Assembly (NCBI GenBank): GCA_041577295.1
Contig: JBFGJG010000008.1
Coordinates: 49,782 to 113,781 of the forward strand
Direction of reading: 5' to 3'
DNA from: Gemmatimonadales bacterium
GTDB lineage: Bacteria; Gemmatimonadota; Gemmatimonadetes; Gemmatimonadales; GWC2-71-9
DNA length: 64,000 nt
The translations under genes were made by a program, and so were the position numbers. Positions 61,092 through 64,000 of this stretch are shown here, piece by piece. Every line of letters starts with the position of its first letter. Within the stretch, counting starts at the first letter, position 1. The notes under the pieces were generated by a model, which saw only the letters and a list, made by a program, of their open reading frames with translations, was not told the origin of the DNA and searched no databases.

Positions 61092-63734
61092 ATGATGCCC
61101 GACTTCTTCGATCGACTCAAGGTGGCCCTTGCCGACCGCTATGAGCTGATACGGGAGCTCGGCGCGGGCGGCATGGCCGTGGTCTATCTCGCACACGATA
61201 GCCGGCACGATCGCGAGCTTGCCGTGAAGGTGTTGCGTCCGGAGCTCGCCGCGGTCATTGGACCGGTGCGATTTCTCCAAGAAATCAAGGTCACCGCCAA
61301 GCTACAACATCCCAACATCCTTCCGCTCCACGATTCGGGCGAAGCGGATTCATTCCTCTATTACGTCATGCCGTACGTCGAAGGGGAACCGTTGCGAGCG
61401 CGGCTTTCCCGCGAGGGTGCCCTGCCCCTGACAGATGCCGTGCGGATCATGCGTGAAGTAGTTGACGCCCTCGCGTACGCGCACGAGCACGGCGTGGTGC
61501 ATCGCGACATCAAGCCGGACAACGTGCTGCTGTCGTCGCGACACGCGATGGTGACGGACTTTGGCGTCGCGAAAGCCGTGAGCGAAGCGACGGGCCAGGA
61601 GAAGCTCACCACGGCAGGCATCGTGATCGGCACGCCGGCCTACATGGCCCCCGAGCAGGCGGCCGGCGACGTGCACGTCGATCAGCGCGCGGACATCTAC
61701 GCGGTGGGGACGCTGGCTTACGAACTCGTGACCGGCCAGCCGCCATTCACGGGGTCCACCGCGCAACAGCTTCTGGCAGCGCATATCAGCAACACGCCGG
61801 AGCCTTTGCACACCCATCGCGCCGAGGTTCCACCGGCACTCGAGCACGCGATCATGAAGTGTCTCGAGAAGCGACCAGAGGACCGCTGGCAGACCGCAGA
61901 TGAGATATTGCCGCTGCTCGAGGAGCTGGGCACACCGAGTGGTGCTGTTGCCGCAGGTATCGGGATGCCCGAATCCCAACCCGCTCGTCGCAAGGTTATC
62001 GCTACGGGGCTTGCCGTCGCCGTTCCGCTCGTGCTGCTGGGAGGGTGGTTCGTGGCGACACTGGGCGGATCCGGCTCCGCACCGCCGAGGGTCACGTCTA
62101 CGCGGCCGCTCACGAGCTTACCAGGCCTCGAGACGAGTCCGTCGTGGGCGCCAAACGGCACTCGGCTGGCATACGTGTCGGACGAGGCGGGGAACCTGGA
62201 TGTCTGGGTGCAACAGCTCGCCGCACGCGAGCAGGTCAACATCACACCGGACCACCTGGGTGACGACTGGCATCCGGTGTGGTCTCCCGACGGTGAATGG
62301 ATCGCTTTCTTTTCTGATCGAGACGGTGGCGGGCTCCACATTGTCCCGGCAATCGGTGCCGCACCTCGTCGGATCTGGGACGCGGCAGGCGGGCTCGATC
62401 TCGAGTCCGGGCTCGCGTGGTCACCGGATGGAACACGGCTTGCCTTCTCGATCGGCCCATCCCTTTACATCATACCCGCCCGTGGTGGCGCGGCCGAGCA
62501 GGTGAGCCTGCCCAGGGAAATCGTGCGCTGGAAGATCATCGACATTTCCTGGGCGCCAACTAGCGAGCGCATCACGTTCGTCGCACGGGCTGCGGCCGGT
62601 CTCTCGACGTCCACTATCTGGTCGGTCACCGCCGAAGGTGATGACGCTGTGCGCGTCACGAGCGGTGAAAGCTTCGACCGTAACCCGATATGGACTCGCG
62701 ATGGGAGTGGTATCTACTTCGTGTCGGACCGTGCGGGGACGCCCGATCTGTGGTACGTCGCGGTCGATGCGCGTGGCCGGCCGCGCGGTGAGCCAGCCAC
62801 ACTCACCGTCGGTGCGAGCGTCGGGGCGTTCGCGCTGTCCGAGGATGGGCGGCAGATCGCGTACGCGCGCCAGACCATGCGATCGAACATCTGGTCACTG
62901 CCAATTCTCGACCGTGTCGTCACGATGGATGATGCGCAGCGCATCACCGATGAAAACCACTTCATCGAGTTGCTGGCACTTTCACCGGACGGACAGCGGC
63001 TCGCGTTCGACTCGGATCGCAGTGGCAACGCCGACATCTGGACCATAGGGATAGACGGCACCGGGCTCCGGCAGATCACGAGCGACCGGGCACACGACTG
63101 GGCGCCGCGTTGGTCACCGGACGGCGAAGCCATTGGATACCACTCCTTGCGAACGGGCAACCGCGACTTGTGGATGCAGCCCGTGCGCGGCGGCATTCCG
63201 GTACAGCTAACCGACCACGAAGCGCAAGACTGGACCATCTCGTGGTCGCCCGATGGCGCGACCATCGTGTTCGGGTCGGGTCGTAGCGGTGCCGTGGAGC
63301 TGTGGCGCATGCCCGCCACGGGTGGCGAGGCGACACAGCTCACCACCATTGGTGCGGTGTGGTGGTATCCCGTGTGGTCGCCTGACGGACAGTGGATCGC
63401 TTTCTCGTCCGACGTCACCGGGTACGCGGAAGTGTACGTAGTCCCGGCAGGAGGTGGTGAGGAACGCCAGCTGACCAACAATCGGTGGCAGAAGGGATTC
63501 CCCATCGCGTTCTCAGCAGACGGTACCACGATCTACGCGTGCGGTAATACGACCGCGGGGCTCGAGCGGCTCGATGTGTGGGCGATTGCCGTAGCGGACG
63601 GCTCGGCGCGCCAACTCACCGATTTGAGCGGCACGCGTCGTGAGCTGTTCAACGCGACGACCGACGGCCGGCGCATCTACGCGACGTTTCTCGAGAGGGT
63701 GGGAGACTTGTGGATGGTGGAGGTGGCCAGATGA
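61092..63734 (+). CDS. Ser/Thr kinase 9: kinase, 1 TM, PD40 beta-propeller
   Basis: HRDIKPDN, DFG, GTPAYMAPE, many WSPDG repeats. Confidence 0.92.
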   Translation: MMPDFFDRLKVALADRYELIRELGAGGMAVVYLAHDSRHDRELAVKVLRPELAAVIGPVRFLQEIKVTAKLQHPNILPLHDSGEADSFLYYVMPYVEGEPLRARLSREGALPLTDAVRIMREVVDALAYAHEHGVVHRDIKPDNVLLSSRHAMVTDFGVAKAVSEATGQEKLTTAGIVIGTPAYMAPEQAAGDVHVDQRADIYAVGTLAYELVTGQPPFTGSTAQQLLAAHISNTPEPLHTHRAEVPPALEHAIMKCLEKRPEDRWQTADEILPLLEELGTPSGAVAAGIGMPESQPARRKVIATGLAVAVPLVLLGGWFVATLGGSGSAPPRVTSTRPLTSLPGLETSPSWAPNGTRLAYVSDEAGNLDVWVQQLAAREQVNITPDHLGDDWHPVWSPDGEWIAFFSDRDGGGLHIVPAIGAAPRRIWDAAGGLDLESGLAWSPDGTRLAFSIGPSLYIIPARGGAAEQVSLPREIVRWKIIDISWAPTSERITFVARAAAGLSTSTIWSVTAEGDDAVRVTSGESFDRNPIWTRDGSGIYFVSDRAGTPDLWYVAVDARGRPRGEPATLTVGASVGAFALSEDGRQIAYARQTMRSNIWSLPILDRVVTMDDAQRITDENHFIELLALSPDGQRLAFDSDRSGNADIWTIGIDGTGLRQITSDRAHDWAPRWSPDGEAIGYHSLRTGNRDLWMQPVRGGIPVQLTDHEAQDWTISWSPDGATIVFGSGRSGAVELWRMPATGGEATQLTTIGAVWWYPVWSPDGQWIAFSSDVTGYAEVYVVPAGGGEERQLTNNRWQKGFPIAFSADGTTIYACGNTTAGLERLDVWAIAVADGSARQLTDLSGTRRELFNATTDGRRIYATFLERVGDLWMVEVAR

Positions 63735-63875
63735 GTGCAGAGTGCGGAGTGCAGATCTATTTCAGATTGCAGATCCCAGATCGTAGATTGGTGATTGCAT
63801 TCCGGAGATCGGTGGCGAAGCCTTTACCATGCTGTTCGATCTGAAATCGAAATCAGCATTCTGCACTCTGCACTC
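63733..63875. repeat. Inverted heptamer tracts between convergent genes
   Basis: GAGTGCAGAGTGCGGAGTGC..GATTGCA.. on the left; ..AATCAGCATTCTGCACTCTGCACTC on the right. Confidence 0.8.
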
Positions 63876-63876
63876 A

Positions 63877-63999
63877 TCAATCTCTTCCCACCCTTTCCTC
63901 GATCACATCGAAGAAGTTGAAGATGAGATCGAGTCGAGTCGGATAAGAATCCGGCATCGGGTCGACAATCAGAAACCGGCCGTCGGGCAGGACGTCGAA
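63877..63999 (-). CDS. 3' end of a probable PD40-propeller protein, likely a tenth kinase (truncated by the window edge)
   Basis: Translates as FDVLPDGRFLIVDPMPDSYPTRLDLIFNFFDVIEERVGRD*, which resembles the C-terminus of kinase 4 (YEVAPDDQRFLFIEP...). Confidence 0.6.
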   Translation of the reverse strand, partial: FDVLPDGRFLIVDPMPDSYPTRLDLIFNFFDVIEERVGRD

Positions 64000-64000
64000 C

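Overview
GC-rich bacterial chromosomal window. The kinase style (N-terminal 'ALADRYAIERELGAGGMATVYLAQDLKH') suggests Gemmatimonadota, which is inference. It carries nine complete Hanks-type Ser/Thr kinase genes plus the 3' end of a probable tenth, each fused to a TolB-like/TPR or PD40 beta-propeller module. It also holds a complete moxR-DUF58-batABCDE operon ending in a soluble kinase, lemA-DUF2207, three amidohydrolases, a sulfatase, a DUF885 lipoprotein, transporters (DAACS symporter, duplicated orphan ABC permease, MATE, CNNM) and a STAND-TPR-wHTH-BTAD regulator with reversed domain order. I found no rRNA, tRNA, transposase, integrase, reverse transcriptase or cas gene. The most unusual signals are non-coding: (1) a 14-unit array with an exact 21-nt period, a fixed (AA)GCTT core and unique spacers (27629-27907); (2) 7-mer and 8-mer tandem tracts in many intergenic gaps, with the G-rich arm on the left and the complementary C-rich arm on the right whatever the gene orientation; (3) two ~120-nt long-hairpin elements with compensatory base changes bracketing a lipoprotein gene; (4) a strongly paired leader RNA candidate at 3-150 upstream of a doubly frameshifted gene. 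All calls come from reading the sequence; no database searches were run.
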